Source: a virus. Taken from it: a stretch of 64,000 nt of DNA. The stretch covers positions 3,330-67,329 of the IMG/VR virus record IMGVR_UViG_3300030397_000226; one strand, 5' to 3'. The notes under the pieces are model-generated. The model was not told the origin of the DNA, ran no database searches, and saw nothing but the letters and a program-made list of their open reading frames with translations. Positions 20,557 through 30,157 of this stretch are shown piece after piece. The position numbers were made by a program, and so were the translations under genes. The stretch's first letter is position 1. The number at the start of each line of letters is the position of its first letter.

Positions 20557-22035
20557 ATGACACAGATAATGCTCAGAGAGTGGGCCTATGTGCCTAAGAC
20601 TCTGCTGCGCGTGGCGGACGTGAAAGACGACCTGACCACCGAAAACGGGGCGTACTGGAGCGCTTCGAACAGCGGCGTCTCCACGGAGGGGATTCCGCGC
20701 TACCTGAAAATGTACGAGACGACGAAGACTCACGTCCTGGTCCCTCGAAACTGGGCGGGGCTCCCCGGATTGGAGAGCAAGCACGTCGAGTTCGCCGACT
20801 ATCGGTTCGACGAGGAAGGGACTGACATCGAGGAGTGGTGGGATAGTCATTGCTCCATCGAGCTGCGCGACGACATCCAGCGCGAGGCGGCAGAGGCGCT
20901 CCTCAAGGACGAAGAGGACAAAATGCTCTCACTCGCTTGTGGCAGAGGCAAGACTGTCGTGTCGCTCTTCTGTGCGAACAAGGGGAAGCGTCTCCCGGTT
21001 CTCATCGTCGTCCACACCAATGCGCTGATGGACCAGTGGCGCAAAGAGGTGAAGAAGTTCTACCATTTAGAAGACGAGGATATAGGACACGTCCAAGGTC
21101 CGAAGTGTGATTGGGAGGACAAACCTGTCGTCGTTGCCATGCTTCATACGTTGGTGAAGAAGAAGTTCCCTCAGGAATTCTACGACTACTTTAGGTTGGT
21201 CATCTACGACGAGGCGCATCGGCTGGGTGCAGCGTACTTTGCACAAGCGGCTCCCATGTTCCCTGGCGAGCGTTGGGGTTTGAGCGCGACTCATCGGCGT
21301 GAGGATGGAAACGATGTGTTGTTCAAGATGCACCTCGGAGAAGTGGCGTACGAGAACCTTGAGCAAGACTTGAAGCCTTCGGTTTACTTTGTTGAGACGG
21401 GCGTCAAACCTGACCTGTCGCGGTACATGTTCCGAGGGAGAGTGAAGTACGCTCAACTACTCACGGACCTATCGAAGCACGAAGGACGGAACGACCTAAT
21501 CCTGTCGTACCTAAACAAAGCACTTGATAAGGGCAGGACTGTGCTCGTGTTGGGAGAACGGGTCCAACAACTCCACGACCTCTGTGATGCGTGCGATGCG
21601 ACGGAATCGAAGAGCGTCCACGTTGGCTCGATGAAGAAGGCTGAACGGGAAGAAGCGCTCACCAAGCGAGCGGTGTTTGCGACACAACAACTCGCAAAGG
21701 AAGGGCTCGACCGTCCAGCCTTCGATACATTGTTTGTCCTAGTTCCGTTCGGAGGCAAGGGAAGATTGGAGCAAAGCGGCGGGCGTATCCTTCGTCTCCA
21801 TGCGTCTCGTACGTTTGTCAGTAGACGAAACGGTCGTCGCATCATCTTTCGCACCTCTGCGAAGAAACCTCCCAAAATCGTCATCTTCGTTGACCAGGAC
21901 TACCAGTCGAAATGGGAACCAGGAAAGAAGAGACGCAAGAAGGTACCGGGGATGGTGGCTGCTCTTGGAAACAAGATGCGCCGAAATCTCCAAGCAATTG
22001 GCTGGAAGGCCAGAACAATCAATGGAGCAAAGTAA
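20557..22035 (+). CDS. Superfamily 2 DNA helicase (UvsW/ResIII-like)
   Basis: LACGRGKT (I), DEAH (II), LSAT (III), KEGLDRP (V), QSGGRILR (VI). Confidence 0.9.
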   Translation: MTQIMLREWAYVPKTLLRVADVKDDLTTENGAYWSASNSGVSTEGIPRYLKMYETTKTHVLVPRNWAGLPGLESKHVEFADYRFDEEGTDIEEWWDSHCSIELRDDIQREAAEALLKDEEDKMLSLACGRGKTVVSLFCANKGKRLPVLIVVHTNALMDQWRKEVKKFYHLEDEDIGHVQGPKCDWEDKPVVVAMLHTLVKKKFPQEFYDYFRLVIYDEAHRLGAAYFAQAAPMFPGERWGLSATHRREDGNDVLFKMHLGEVAYENLEQDLKPSVYFVETGVKPDLSRYMFRGRVKYAQLLTDLSKHEGRNDLILSYLNKALDKGRTVLVLGERVQQLHDLCDACDATESKSVHVGSMKKAEREEALTKRAVFATQQLAKEGLDRPAFDTLFVLVPFGGKGRLEQSGGRILRLHASRTFVSRRNGRRIIFRTSAKKPPKIVIFVDQDYQSKWEPGKKRRKKVPGMVAALGNKMRRNLQAIGWKARTINGAK

Positions 22036-22505
22036 TGTCAAAATCAGCTGACGCTTACATCGGGTTCGGTGTGAAGTTCGAAATTGGAGAGGAGTTACCG
22101 TGGGGCGACGTCGACCCCGATGACTGGTGGCTCTTAGAGACCGGATTCAATTACGACGAAGGTGCGATTCCGTTCGCCGCCAACGGTGATTGGAAGCCAG
22201 AGTACGAGTTCGGAGCAAATGGAGGAGAGGCACTTTCAGAGAAGTACTTCGATGCTCGTCAGAAGTGGAGGGAAGAACATCCCTTCCCTGTAAAGCTATT
22301 CAAGTGTGGCAGCTACGAAGAGTGTGAGCTGTTCGCGTGCGTTCCTTCTTCCGTCATTCGTGGTGACTGGGAGGCAGGCGTCAGCTTCGCTTCACTTGGC
22401 CTCGACGACTGTAGTCTTGATGAGCTGAAAGCCTTCTTTGAGTTCGGAGCCAAGTACTTTCCTAAGAAGTCACTCAGTTGGTGGCTCGCAGCATTCATGG
22501 GGTGA
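22035..22505 (+). CDS. Hypothetical protein
   Basis: Coupled TAATG start; acidic, aromatic-rich. Confidence 0.6.
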   Translation: MSKSADAYIGFGVKFEIGEELPWGDVDPDDWWLLETGFNYDEGAIPFAANGDWKPEYEFGANGGEALSEKYFDARQKWREEHPFPVKLFKCGSYEECELFACVPSSVIRGDWEAGVSFASLGLDDCSLDELKAFFEFGAKYFPKKSLSWWLAAFMG

Positions 22506-22509
22506 AGAG

Positions 22510-22740
22510 ATGCCTAAGCAAACAGACAAACTGAAAGTCGTCAAAAAGACAACCCTCGAATTGGATAAGGGGCAGTGGAGTGCGCACTTCAATGTGCATG
22601 AGATGAAGGGTCGAGTGTACTGCAACATCAATGGGGGTGATGCACACCCTACGAACTTCTCGATTGAGTCACAGACTCAACTCCGTCACACCTATGACCT
22701 TTTGAAAGCCATCATTGAGGAAATTGACGGTCTCTCGTGA
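22510..22740 (+). CDS. Hypothetical protein
   Basis: ATG at 22510; stop overlaps next GTG. Confidence 0.55.
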   Translation: MPKQTDKLKVVKKTTLELDKGQWSAHFNVHEMKGRVYCNINGGDAHPTNFSIESQTQLRHTYDLLKAIIEEIDGLS

Positions 22741-23213
22741 CAACCAATGTCACACCTAACTTTACGGGAACGAACGAAGTGATTACATTCAGAGTCAGAG
22801 ATAAGGACCACCCTGACTACAAACCTCGCAAAGCCATCTATCGAGATGTGAAACGCGAGGGGCGATGGTTCGTGGTGGAAGGCGAACAACTAGAACTGTT
22901 CCAATTGAAGGTGCTCTGTCAGGCACTCGACCGGACCAGAGAAACCATTCTCCAATGGGAGAAGGATGAGCTGTTCCCCAAATCAATGTTCCGCGTACCG
23001 GGGTCAAGAATCATCCGTTGGTACTCGGGCGTTCAAATAATCAACCTACACAATCTGCTGCACTATAAGTACGGCAACACTAAGTCACTGCACTTCCAGA
23101 AAACGGCGTTCCTTCAGGACGTCCAAGAGGTCTTCTACGAACGGGAGGTCACGCAGGAAGGCAATGGCAAGTTCATTCTGGCAAAGAATCTTCGACAAGC
23201 GAAAGGTCACTAA
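22737..23213 (+). CDS. MerR/excisionase-like HTH DNA-binding protein
   Basis: LKVLCQALDRTRETILQWEKDELFP......IRWYS is a MerR-type HTH pattern. Confidence 0.6.
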   Translation: MTTNVTPNFTGTNEVITFRVRDKDHPDYKPRKAIYRDVKREGRWFVVEGEQLELFQLKVLCQALDRTRETILQWEKDELFPKSMFRVPGSRIIRWYSGVQIINLHNLLHYKYGNTKSLHFQKTAFLQDVQEVFYEREVTQEGNGKFILAKNLRQAKGH

Positions 23214-23215
23214 TC

Positions 23216-23656
23216 ATGAAACTCACTAAGGCACTCAAGAACAAGATTGAAAAGCTCCGCGAAGCTCAGGCGGCGGTACAGGCGTACGACAAGAAGCACG
23301 CCCGTGTGTTCAACAAGCGAGACGAGCTACTGGAAGAAGTCCAAGCGGCGTCCAATGCGTTGAAGGACGACGTACGCAAGCTCGCTCCTGGCGGCTCCAA
23401 GAGGCTGTCCGTCTTCAAGGATGCGGAGATGGAAGTCTCGGTTCAGTCGAAGCAACGCGCACCCGAGTACGATGTGCTGGTCGCTAAAGCGAAGTGGCCC
23501 GCGAAGGTGTTCAAGGCGTGTCGGAAGTCGGTCATCGATACAACGAAACTCGCTGAGTTCGTCGAAGACGGCACCATCGATGAGAAGCTCGTCAATGGGG
23601 CAATGAAAGAACGCGAGCAGTTGTCTGCTGCCGTTACCGTGAAGTTCAAGAAATGA
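23216..23656 (+). CDS. Hypothetical coiled-coil protein
   Basis: 146 aa, helical heptads, coupled to neighbours. Confidence 0.6.
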   Translation: MKLTKALKNKIEKLREAQAAVQAYDKKHARVFNKRDELLEEVQAASNALKDDVRKLAPGGSKRLSVFKDAEMEVSVQSKQRAPEYDVLVAKAKWPAKVFKACRKSVIDTTKLAEFVEDGTIDEKLVNGAMKEREQLSAAVTVKFKK

Positions 23657-23946
23657 GCGGACTGACTCAGCCGATTAAGTACACGGCTACTCTCAAGCCC
23701 GAGTTCATGCGTGAACTATCGGCTCTTCTCAACAAACACAATATCGATTCGCTCACCACCATTCCCGACTACATCCTCGCGGAACACATTGGGGTGAACA
23801 TCTCGGTGTTGGCTGACACGATGCAGCGAACGGCAACCTGGAAAGGGGAGGACAAGTGCAGCCTGTGCGGCGCGTTCGGTCCTCATGACCCTTGCGGTAA
23901 CTGCGAAGTAGAGGAAGACGATGAACAGGAAGAAGTCGAAGACTAA
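23653..23946 (+). CDS. Hypothetical protein with C-terminal Cys cluster
   Basis: CSLCG....PCGNC; ATGA overlap. Confidence 0.55.
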   Translation: MSGLTQPIKYTATLKPEFMRELSALLNKHNIDSLTTIPDYILAEHIGVNISVLADTMQRTATWKGEDKCSLCGAFGPHDPCGNCEVEEDDEQEEVED

Positions 23947-24271
23947 AGGCACGCTCGTGAAGAAGGTTGTACTCAAACGCACTGGTGGGGAACCGAGAGT
24001 TCTCCACGAGGAAGAAGAGAACGAAGAAATCGAGAGTGATGCTGAGCCCGGCGACAGCGTGTGCTGGACGTACGCGACGGCGGGAATCACTAGAAGCGCG
24101 AACTATCAATCCGTGACTCTCACAATCGGAGGAGAGATGCCATGGAAGTGCGCGCCCGGAGACACCAAAACCTTCCTCCGTAGTTTGAAAGCATTCGAGT
24201 CCATCATCGAGAAGCGAGCGGCGGACAAGATTGACGAAATGGATGAACTCTTAAAGGAGCTAGCAGAATGA
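23921..24271 (+). CDS. Hypothetical protein with basic N-terminus
   Basis: MNRKKSKTKGTLVKKVVLKR; stop overlaps next ATG. Confidence 0.55.
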   Translation: MNRKKSKTKGTLVKKVVLKRTGGEPRVLHEEEENEEIESDAEPGDSVCWTYATAGITRSANYQSVTLTIGGEMPWKCAPGDTKTFLRSLKAFESIIEKRAADKIDEMDELLKELAE

Positions 24272-24621
24272 AGACCGACCTAACAATCAGGCACGCCCAG
24301 AAGACCCAACCTTGGACGGTACCCTACGCATGGGACAAGACTCCATTGGTCGGGTTTGAGGGAAGAGAGTTGAGTGGACGACACGCACTCTTTCATGCCC
24401 AGAAGAGTCTGGGGAAGATAGCGGCGGTGTACGAAGCCGTTGACCATCGGAGCCTTGGCAACTGTCCCAAGGACGCAGAGATTGAAGTGATTCAGAACAT
24501 GAGTGCTGATCTTCTCACTGTCGCGTTGCGGTATGCGAATCTGTACGGGTTCGACCTCCAGAGCGTGTTGGTCCGACGAGTCGCAGAAAAGAATGGGGAG
24601 ACGTACCAGGATGAGCAATGA
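24268..24621 (+). CDS. MazG-like all-alpha NTP pyrophosphatase-fold protein (degenerate)
   Basis: C-terminal ADLLTVALRYANLYGFDLQSVLVRRVAEKN matches the MazG-like helix pattern; canonical acidic EExE motif not evident. Confidence 0.45.
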   Translation: MKTDLTIRHAQKTQPWTVPYAWDKTPLVGFEGRELSGRHALFHAQKSLGKIAAVYEAVDHRSLGNCPKDAEIEVIQNMSADLLTVALRYANLYGFDLQSVLVRRVAEKNGETYQDEQ

Positions 24622-24823
24622 AAGCGACTACGTTTCACTGGGGCAGGTCGAGTTTAAGCATGAAGAAACGAAGGCCGTTCTCTTCGACCTCTGGGACCAT
24701 GACGAAGAGGAAGTTTGGATTCCGAAGTCTGTCATCCACGAGGACTGTTTGCCGGTCAACGAAGACACCATCGAATTGGAGGTGAAACGTTGGTGGGCCA
24801 AGGAAGAGGGGTATGCGGAGTAG
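24611..24823 (+). CDS. Hypothetical protein
   Basis: ETKAVLF......EVWIPKS pattern common in small phage beta proteins. Confidence 0.55.
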   Translation: MSNESDYVSLGQVEFKHEETKAVLFDLWDHDEEEVWIPKSVIHEDCLPVNEDTIELEVKRWWAKEEGYAE

Positions 24824-25610
24824 AGAACTAGCCTCATTAGCGAAGAGCCCCAACCTAACGGACGGGGCGTTTCGTACCTATGTTGTACTCCTTGAGGAGG
24901 GTCCAATGACCTTGCTCAAACTGAAGGCAGTCAGAAAGGTAAAGGGAATCTCGAATCACGTTGTTTCCCTGGAAAAACAAGGACTAATCAAGTGCTCACG
25001 GTCTGGCAAAGTCAGCGTACTTGACAAGGTAGTTGACCTTCGTAAAATGGTTCCCCCCACGGGGGAGAACACTGGAAGTGCTCAGAGGAGTGGGAAGAAA
25101 CCTCCTAAGAAACTCAAACGAGTTTCAACAAGCGAGGTTGGGGACGCGAAGCGTTCCCTTCCGCGAGCGCTGCGAGCGATACAAACTGATGAACGCTTCA
25201 TCAAATCCCCCTCGTTGAAGGTTGCTCGAAAAGAGCTTGAAGAAGCTAAGTCTCTTCCCCCGGATGAATGGAGTAGTGTAGCTATCACCGGCTACTACAT
25301 CACCCAATGGGAAAAATGGTCAAGACGACCTTGGAGGGCCAGTAGGTCCGCACTCGGTGACATGTTCAAACAGCTCGACCTATTGGTACGAAGAACAGGA
25401 AAGGACGACACAATCAAAGCCATCAAATTGGTGTTCGGGAAGGGCTTCAATTGGTGCGACAACAAACTCGGACTCCTCACAGGGAGAGACGGGTACGCAA
25501 AACACATCGTCCCCGCATTGGTGAAACAGCGAACCATCAGAAAAGGGGAACAGTCGGAGTGGACTGGAAGACGGAGCAATAAGAAGGGAAACAAAAAGGT
25601 AACACTATGA
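24813..25610 (+). CDS. Putative replication initiator with N-terminal winged HTH
   Basis: LTDGAFRTYVVL....MT...L.......ISNHVVSLEKQGLI; lies upstream of the DnaC-like gene. Confidence 0.55.
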   Translation: MRSRELASLAKSPNLTDGAFRTYVVLLEEGPMTLLKLKAVRKVKGISNHVVSLEKQGLIKCSRSGKVSVLDKVVDLRKMVPPTGENTGSAQRSGKKPPKKLKRVSTSEVGDAKRSLPRALRAIQTDERFIKSPSLKVARKELEEAKSLPPDEWSSVAITGYYITQWEKWSRRPWRASRSALGDMFKQLDLLVRRTGKDDTIKAIKLVFGKGFNWCDNKLGLLTGRDGYAKHIVPALVKQRTIRKGEQSEWTGRRSNKKGNKKVTL

Positions 25611-25813
25611 ACGACGAACAGAAGAGGAAACTAGTCGCTGCGCTCGACAACGACGGAGTGTTTCCGGTGATGAAAGTCGGTGAGTACCGTGAGCTGTCCA
25701 AAGAAGGCGTGGCTCGTGGTCCATTTGTCCATGAGAAGAGAGGGCGTCGGTACCTGACGCGCGCTGGTCGTCATCTTGCCGTGGCGTACAAGGAGATGGG
25801 AGTCACTCAGTGA
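25607..25813 (+). CDS. Hypothetical protein
   Basis: 68 aa, coupled on both sides. Confidence 0.5.
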   Translation: MNDEQKRKLVAALDNDGVFPVMKVGEYRELSKEGVARGPFVHEKRGRRYLTRAGRHLAVAYKEMGVTQ

Positions 25814-26379
25814 ACGACGGAAAGATTCCGAAACGGTTCAAGACGGCCAGCATGGCGACTCTCGACAAGGAACAGTTCGGTATGGTCATCGAGTACTCGT
25901 CACACGCGAGTGGGTACACAAGGAAGGGCCGAGGTCTTCTTCTCTCGGGACCGCCGGGTGTCGGAAAGACTTGGGCGATTGCGGCGTTGATGCATGCTGC
26001 TGGTTACAAGAACACATTCGTCACGGCACCCGACCTCTTCGATTCGTACAAGTCGTTTGGCGAGCAAGCGTACAGTAGTTACCACGGTCAGCCGTGGGAT
26101 GAGGTGTTTGAGAGAACACCGTGGCTCGTTCTGAACGACCTAGGCAAGGAGTACCGCGCTGGGAACATGGGTGAACAAGTCGTCTACAAGTTGGGTCGAC
26201 TGTTGCGAGCGCGTAGCGAGCGGGGACTAGTTACCCATATCACCACGAACATTTTGTTAACCAAAAACGATGCCGATGATGAGACACTTGACTTCGTATA
26301 CGGGTCATCTATTATGTCACTTCTCCGGGAAACCATGGTTGCGTACACGGTCGATGGACCTGACAGACGCAGCGCATAA
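25810..26379 (+). CDS. DnaC/IstB-like AAA+ helicase loader
   Basis: LLLSGPPGVGKT Walker A; LVLNDLGKE Walker B variant; LVTHITTN. Confidence 0.85.
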   Translation: MNDGKIPKRFKTASMATLDKEQFGMVIEYSSHASGYTRKGRGLLLSGPPGVGKTWAIAALMHAAGYKNTFVTAPDLFDSYKSFGEQAYSSYHGQPWDEVFERTPWLVLNDLGKEYRAGNMGEQVVYKLGRLLRARSERGLVTHITTNILLTKNDADDETLDFVYGSSIMSLLRETMVAYTVDGPDRRSA

Positions 26380-26403
26380 CCAACCCATAACAAAGGAAAC
26401 ACA

Positions 26404-27414
26404 ATGCAATACAAGACTGTAGCAATGCAGAAAGTCTTCGACCGTCTAGGGCTGATGTCGGAGCGCAATGAGGATGTGATGGTCAAGGGCTCTGACTTTC
26501 AGTTCCTCCCCAACGGCACAGTGAAGTTACCCGACCTCGGTATCTTCTCTTTCACTGATTGGTCCTTCTCTCAGCTCTGCACGAAGCTGAAGGTCCCGAC
26601 TGACTTTGCGAAGCGTTCTCCGAAGGGCGAAGGAGCGGCTTCTCGCAAATGCATTCTCGACCACTGGAAGGAACGCACAATGGACGATAAGACTTGGCTC
26701 TTTAGGGTTAAGTTGAACAAGGACAAGGATGAGGAGTCTGGAAGCGTGGGCCGCGTCCGAGCTGTACTCAGCGACAAGTACTCCATCTACGACAATCTCG
26801 ACTTTGTGAATCTGCTGTCACCCATCATCAAACGCGAGAAGATGGTGATTCAGATGGGGAACGTCACCGACCAATCGTTCCATATGAGGGCGCTCTACGA
26901 AGAGACGGTGAACGTCAAGCCCGCCAAGGATGCGAAGGTGGGAGATGTTCACAGTGTGGGAGTTCACTTCGCCAACAGCGAGGTGGGTTCTCGCAATATC
27001 TCAGGCGACTTCTGCGTGTTTCGACTCGTCTGTACGAATGGGATGATTGGCTCCCCAGAGCATGAGCACCTTTTCTACAAGCGACACATCAACCTTGAGA
27101 AACACGAGATGCACAACGTGGTCATCGCCGGAATGGAGCAATCCCAGATGGTGAAGATGGGCGCGATTGACCAACTTGAGGAGTCTGCCAAAAAGAAGAT
27201 TGTCTCTGTGCCAGAGGAACTTCGTCGGTACCTCACGGGTCAACCCAAGATGTCCAACGAGATTCTCGACAAGTGCGTGAAGGCGTACGAAACGGAACCG
27301 TTCCAGTCCAAGTACGGGGTCATCCAAGCAATGACCCGTGCGGCGCAGGGACTGCCTATCGAGCAGCGTGTGTCATTGGAAGAACTGGCGGGACGGTACC
27401 TCTACGCTGCATAA
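26404..27414 (+). CDS. DUF932-family protein
   Basis: RVRAVLSDKYSIYDN, HFANSEVG, FRLVCTNGMI, SKYGVIQAMTRAAQ. Confidence 0.8.
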   Translation: MQYKTVAMQKVFDRLGLMSERNEDVMVKGSDFQFLPNGTVKLPDLGIFSFTDWSFSQLCTKLKVPTDFAKRSPKGEGAASRKCILDHWKERTMDDKTWLFRVKLNKDKDEESGSVGRVRAVLSDKYSIYDNLDFVNLLSPIIKREKMVIQMGNVTDQSFHMRALYEETVNVKPAKDAKVGDVHSVGVHFANSEVGSRNISGDFCVFRLVCTNGMIGSPEHEHLFYKRHINLEKHEMHNVVIAGMEQSQMVKMGAIDQLEESAKKKIVSVPEELRRYLTGQPKMSNEILDKCVKAYETEPFQSKYGVIQAMTRAAQGLPIEQRVSLEELAGRYLYAA

Positions 27415-27420
27415 CACTCT

Positions 27421-27539
27421 GAGCCCCACTTCCTCGGTCGGTAACCCTCTGGTTGTCCCAGGTGCGAGTCCGAGGTTCGCTCCGTTTCCCTTCCCCCTAG
27501 TACCTCGGTCGGGATAACATCCCGGGGAAGTGGTGGCTC
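27421..27539 (+). ncRNA. Candidate structured RNA / leader upstream of dnaB (element C)
   Basis: GAGCCCCACTTCCTCGG pairs with CCGGGGAAGTGGTGGCTC; inner CCGAGGT/ACCTCGG stem with a pyrimidine loop. Confidence 0.5.
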
Positions 27540-27561
27540 TTTCTATTTGAAAGGAAACATA

Positions 27562-28827
27562 ATGTCTATCGACGTTGAAGTTGCTCTGTTGACCAAGATT
27601 ATCGAGACTGAAGACTTGAGGTCTGTCGTCCGGTCGAAGGTCACTCCCTCGTTCTTTTTGGATGAGGATGCTCGCGACATCTTCGAGTACATGGCTGAAG
27701 TGTACCAGAAGCGCGGGAGGATTCCTTCTCTTAGTCTGCTCCAAAATGAGTACCCTGACTTTGAGCCTGAGGAGTCCGACGACGACATCCTTCTTTTGAT
27801 TGATGCTGTCAAAGACAAGAAGCTCTATGCGGACCTACAGCGTACGTTGTCCAAGGTCGCGGATGAGACGCGAGGAGACCCAACTGAGGGGCTTGCCGCA
27901 TTGAAGAAGATGAGTGTGCAACTCGCTTCGATTCACTCGACAGGTGAAGACCTCGACCTCACCAAGTGTGGCGATGACCTTCGAGCGGAACTGGAGAAGC
28001 TGAAGAACACGGAAGGCACATTGGGTATCCCGTGGCCTTGGGAGGCGTTGAATCGTGCGACTCTCGGAATCCACCTCGGCGAGTTCATCGCGTTCTACGC
28101 TCGACCCAAGTCGATGAAGACATGGGTGATGCTCTACGTCGCGTACTGGATATGGAAACAGACAGGGAAGTCGATTCTGTTTCTGACCAAGGAGATGACG
28201 CCCGAGCAGATTCGACGACGTTGGGCAGCAATGGCGTGCGAGTTGGAGTACAGCGCGTTTCGTGAAGGCCGCCTCAATGAGGATGAGGAGATTCGTTTCC
28301 ACGACTTCCTCGACCAAATCGAGGACGAAGGCGAGGCACCGTTCATCGTGTCGACAGTTGAGGAGCAAGGCGCTCCAGCGTTGACGGAGATTCAGGCGAA
28401 GATTGAGGACTTTCAAGCGGACATGGTGTTCGTGGACGGGCTCTACTTTCTCGCTGAGGACCCGAGCTGGAAGTCGTTCACGGTCATCACTCGTGGACTT
28501 AAACAGCTCGCCCAGCAGAAGAAGGTCGCCATCATTGGGACAACCCAGGCGAACCGTTCTGCGGAGAAGGGACGAGGAGCACTCAGTGAGGTGGCCTTCG
28601 GTGACTCCCTCGCAATGGACGTTGACGTACTCATTCGAATCATTAGGGAAGGACAACACAGGGACAACAACGAACTGTTGATGACTCTCCCGGCGTTGCG
28701 TGAGGCTCACGGCTGCACGTTCACTATCAACGCTCTCCCAGCTCACGACTTCACTCAGAAACATGAGTTCGAACAGGAAGAGGGAAGCGAAGCACTTAAC
28801 AGCACAGACGACGGAGCGATTCTATGA
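27562..28827 (+). CDS. dnaB: DnaB-like replicative helicase
   Basis: GIPWPWEALNRAT.G, YARPKSMKT Walker A, LFLTKEM, VFVDGLY, TTQANR, FGDSLAMDVD. Confidence 0.85.
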   Translation: MSIDVEVALLTKIIETEDLRSVVRSKVTPSFFLDEDARDIFEYMAEVYQKRGRIPSLSLLQNEYPDFEPEESDDDILLLIDAVKDKKLYADLQRTLSKVADETRGDPTEGLAALKKMSVQLASIHSTGEDLDLTKCGDDLRAELEKLKNTEGTLGIPWPWEALNRATLGIHLGEFIAFYARPKSMKTWVMLYVAYWIWKQTGKSILFLTKEMTPEQIRRRWAAMACELEYSAFREGRLNEDEEIRFHDFLDQIEDEGEAPFIVSTVEEQGAPALTEIQAKIEDFQADMVFVDGLYFLAEDPSWKSFTVITRGLKQLAQQKKVAIIGTTQANRSAEKGRGALSEVAFGDSLAMDVDVLIRIIREGQHRDNNELLMTLPALREAHGCTFTINALPAHDFTQKHEFEQEEGSEALNSTDDGAIL

Positions 28828-29153
28828 TGCCAGACCAGATGGATTGGAACCACGCACTCGCTGTCATCGGCCTCATTGTGTCGGTGGCGTTGAACACGGT
28901 GTTGGCGTGGTGGGTGCGTCGTCTTCAGGAGGAGAAGGCTGCTGAGATTCAACGCAAGGAGCGCAACGAGAAGTTGTTCCTGTACTGGGAGGCGATGCAT
29001 CAATGCACGAGCTTCATGAACGGCAGGCTGCGTCACACGCTGACCTCGTTCATTGGGGACGACGGACTAACCAAGTGGATGGCTGACCATCTACTCAAAG
29101 TGAGGGAGGCCAAGAAGCACGGCATCCTTCCAGATGTGGAGAAGTACCAATGA
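28824..29153 (+). CDS. Hypothetical single-pass membrane protein
   Basis: ALAVIGLIVSVALNTVLAWW hydrophobic segment. Confidence 0.55.
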   Translation: MMPDQMDWNHALAVIGLIVSVALNTVLAWWVRRLQEEKAAEIQRKERNEKLFLYWEAMHQCTSFMNGRLRHTLTSFIGDDGLTKWMADHLLKVREAKKHGILPDVEKYQ

Positions 29154-29485
29154 GTTTCGCAATATGGTTCGTGGTCCTATTGAGTGGGTTTAATTTGTAT
29201 CAGACACCCACAATACCCGTAGTACGTCGACCGCCTCCACCTGTGGTTCTACAGCCACGCCCTGTGTTCGTTCCACCACAGCAGCCTCGAATCGTGGTGG
29301 TCCAGCAGCGTCCCTCATGGCGTGAGGAGAAACGGCGGCGCGAGTATCGTCGGAAGCGACAAGAGGAAGCGAGACGGCGCAAAGAAGCCAAGAGTGTGTG
29401 GATGTACGGACTCCGCTACGGCGAGGGTCCTCTACAAAGAGACAAGCTCCCAAAGGAGCGAAAGCAACGCCGAATGGCGTGGTGA
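29150..29485 (+). CDS. Hypothetical Pro/Arg-rich protein with signal-like N-terminus
   Basis: Hydrophobic N-terminus; ATGA coupling. Confidence 0.45.
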   Translation: MSFAIWFVVLLSGFNLYQTPTIPVVRRPPPPVVLQPRPVFVPPQQPRIVVVQQRPSWREEKRRREYRRKRQEEARRRKEAKSVWMYGLRYGEGPLQRDKLPKERKQRRMAW

Positions 29486-29516
29486 ACATAATCAATAGAT
29501 TGAAAAAGGAAACAAC

Positions 29517-29849
29517 ATGAGCACATCAAAAAAGAAGCCAGTAATTCGTCAGGGAGACAAAGCAGCATTCGTGCGGAGTCTACCGTTCAGCACGCCAGCG
29601 AGCGAGGTCCGTGACCTTGCCAAAAAGAAGGGGATGATTATCTCCAAGGCGTACATCCACAATATTCGGTCGGCGGCGAATAAGGCGTCCCGTGTCGTCA
29701 TGAAGAAGGCCGGAAAGAAGACCCTCAAAGGCAAGCGGTCCACGCTGGAGAACAAATTCAAGGAGCTGGTGGTGACCCTCGGTCCTGCGCGAGCGAAGAA
29801 GCTCCTCACGCAGACGGAGACGGCTCTCTCGTTGGAGGCGCAACGATGA
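29517..29849 (+). CDS. Basic putative DNA-binding protein
   Basis: Lys-rich; AAGGAAACAACATG leader. Confidence 0.55.
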   Translation: MSTSKKKPVIRQGDKAAFVRSLPFSTPASEVRDLAKKKGMIISKAYIHNIRSAANKASRVVMKKAGKKTLKGKRSTLENKFKELVVTLGPARAKKLLTQTETALSLEAQR

Positions 29850-30157
29850 GTCGTCAGGTTATCCACAAGCACGTCCTCAACGCTGACCTCCTTAACAAGG
29901 TTCAGACGATTGAACTTGCACCCGCAGGTTCACTGCTCCGAACTGGAGTACAGGGCGACAAACTTGTGTTCTGGGAGTCCCACCCCATTGATTGGGAGGG
30001 GCTTACTGAGAAGATGCGCGCACACACCCAGGTTGACTTTTTAGTCGTGTTCACTGGGAGCGAGTTTGAGGCGGAAGGATTTACTTGGCTCGGCACAGAG
30101 CAGCTTGGTTCCTTCGTGTTCCACGTTCTCTACCGTGTACGAGCGAAGCATGGCTGA
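29846..30157 (+). CDS. Hypothetical protein
   Basis: IHKH.L......QTIEL.....LL..GVQG..LVFW pattern of a common small phage family. Confidence 0.55.
   Translation: MSRQVIHKHVLNADLLNKVQTIELAPAGSLLRTGVQGDKLVFWESHPIDWEGLTEKMRAHTQVDFLVVFTGSEFEAEGFTWLGTEQLGSFVFHVLYRVRAKHG

Noticed and set aside
24958-24980. TTGTTTCC..GAAAAACAA dyad in the initiator gene as a replication origin
   Set aside because: Single imperfect dyad with no iteron series or AT-rich unwinding element
27455-27480. GGTGCGAGTCC resembling a tRNA T-loop
   Set aside because: Flanks do not form a 5-bp T-stem and no cloverleaf can be built; no tRNA gene was recognised in the window
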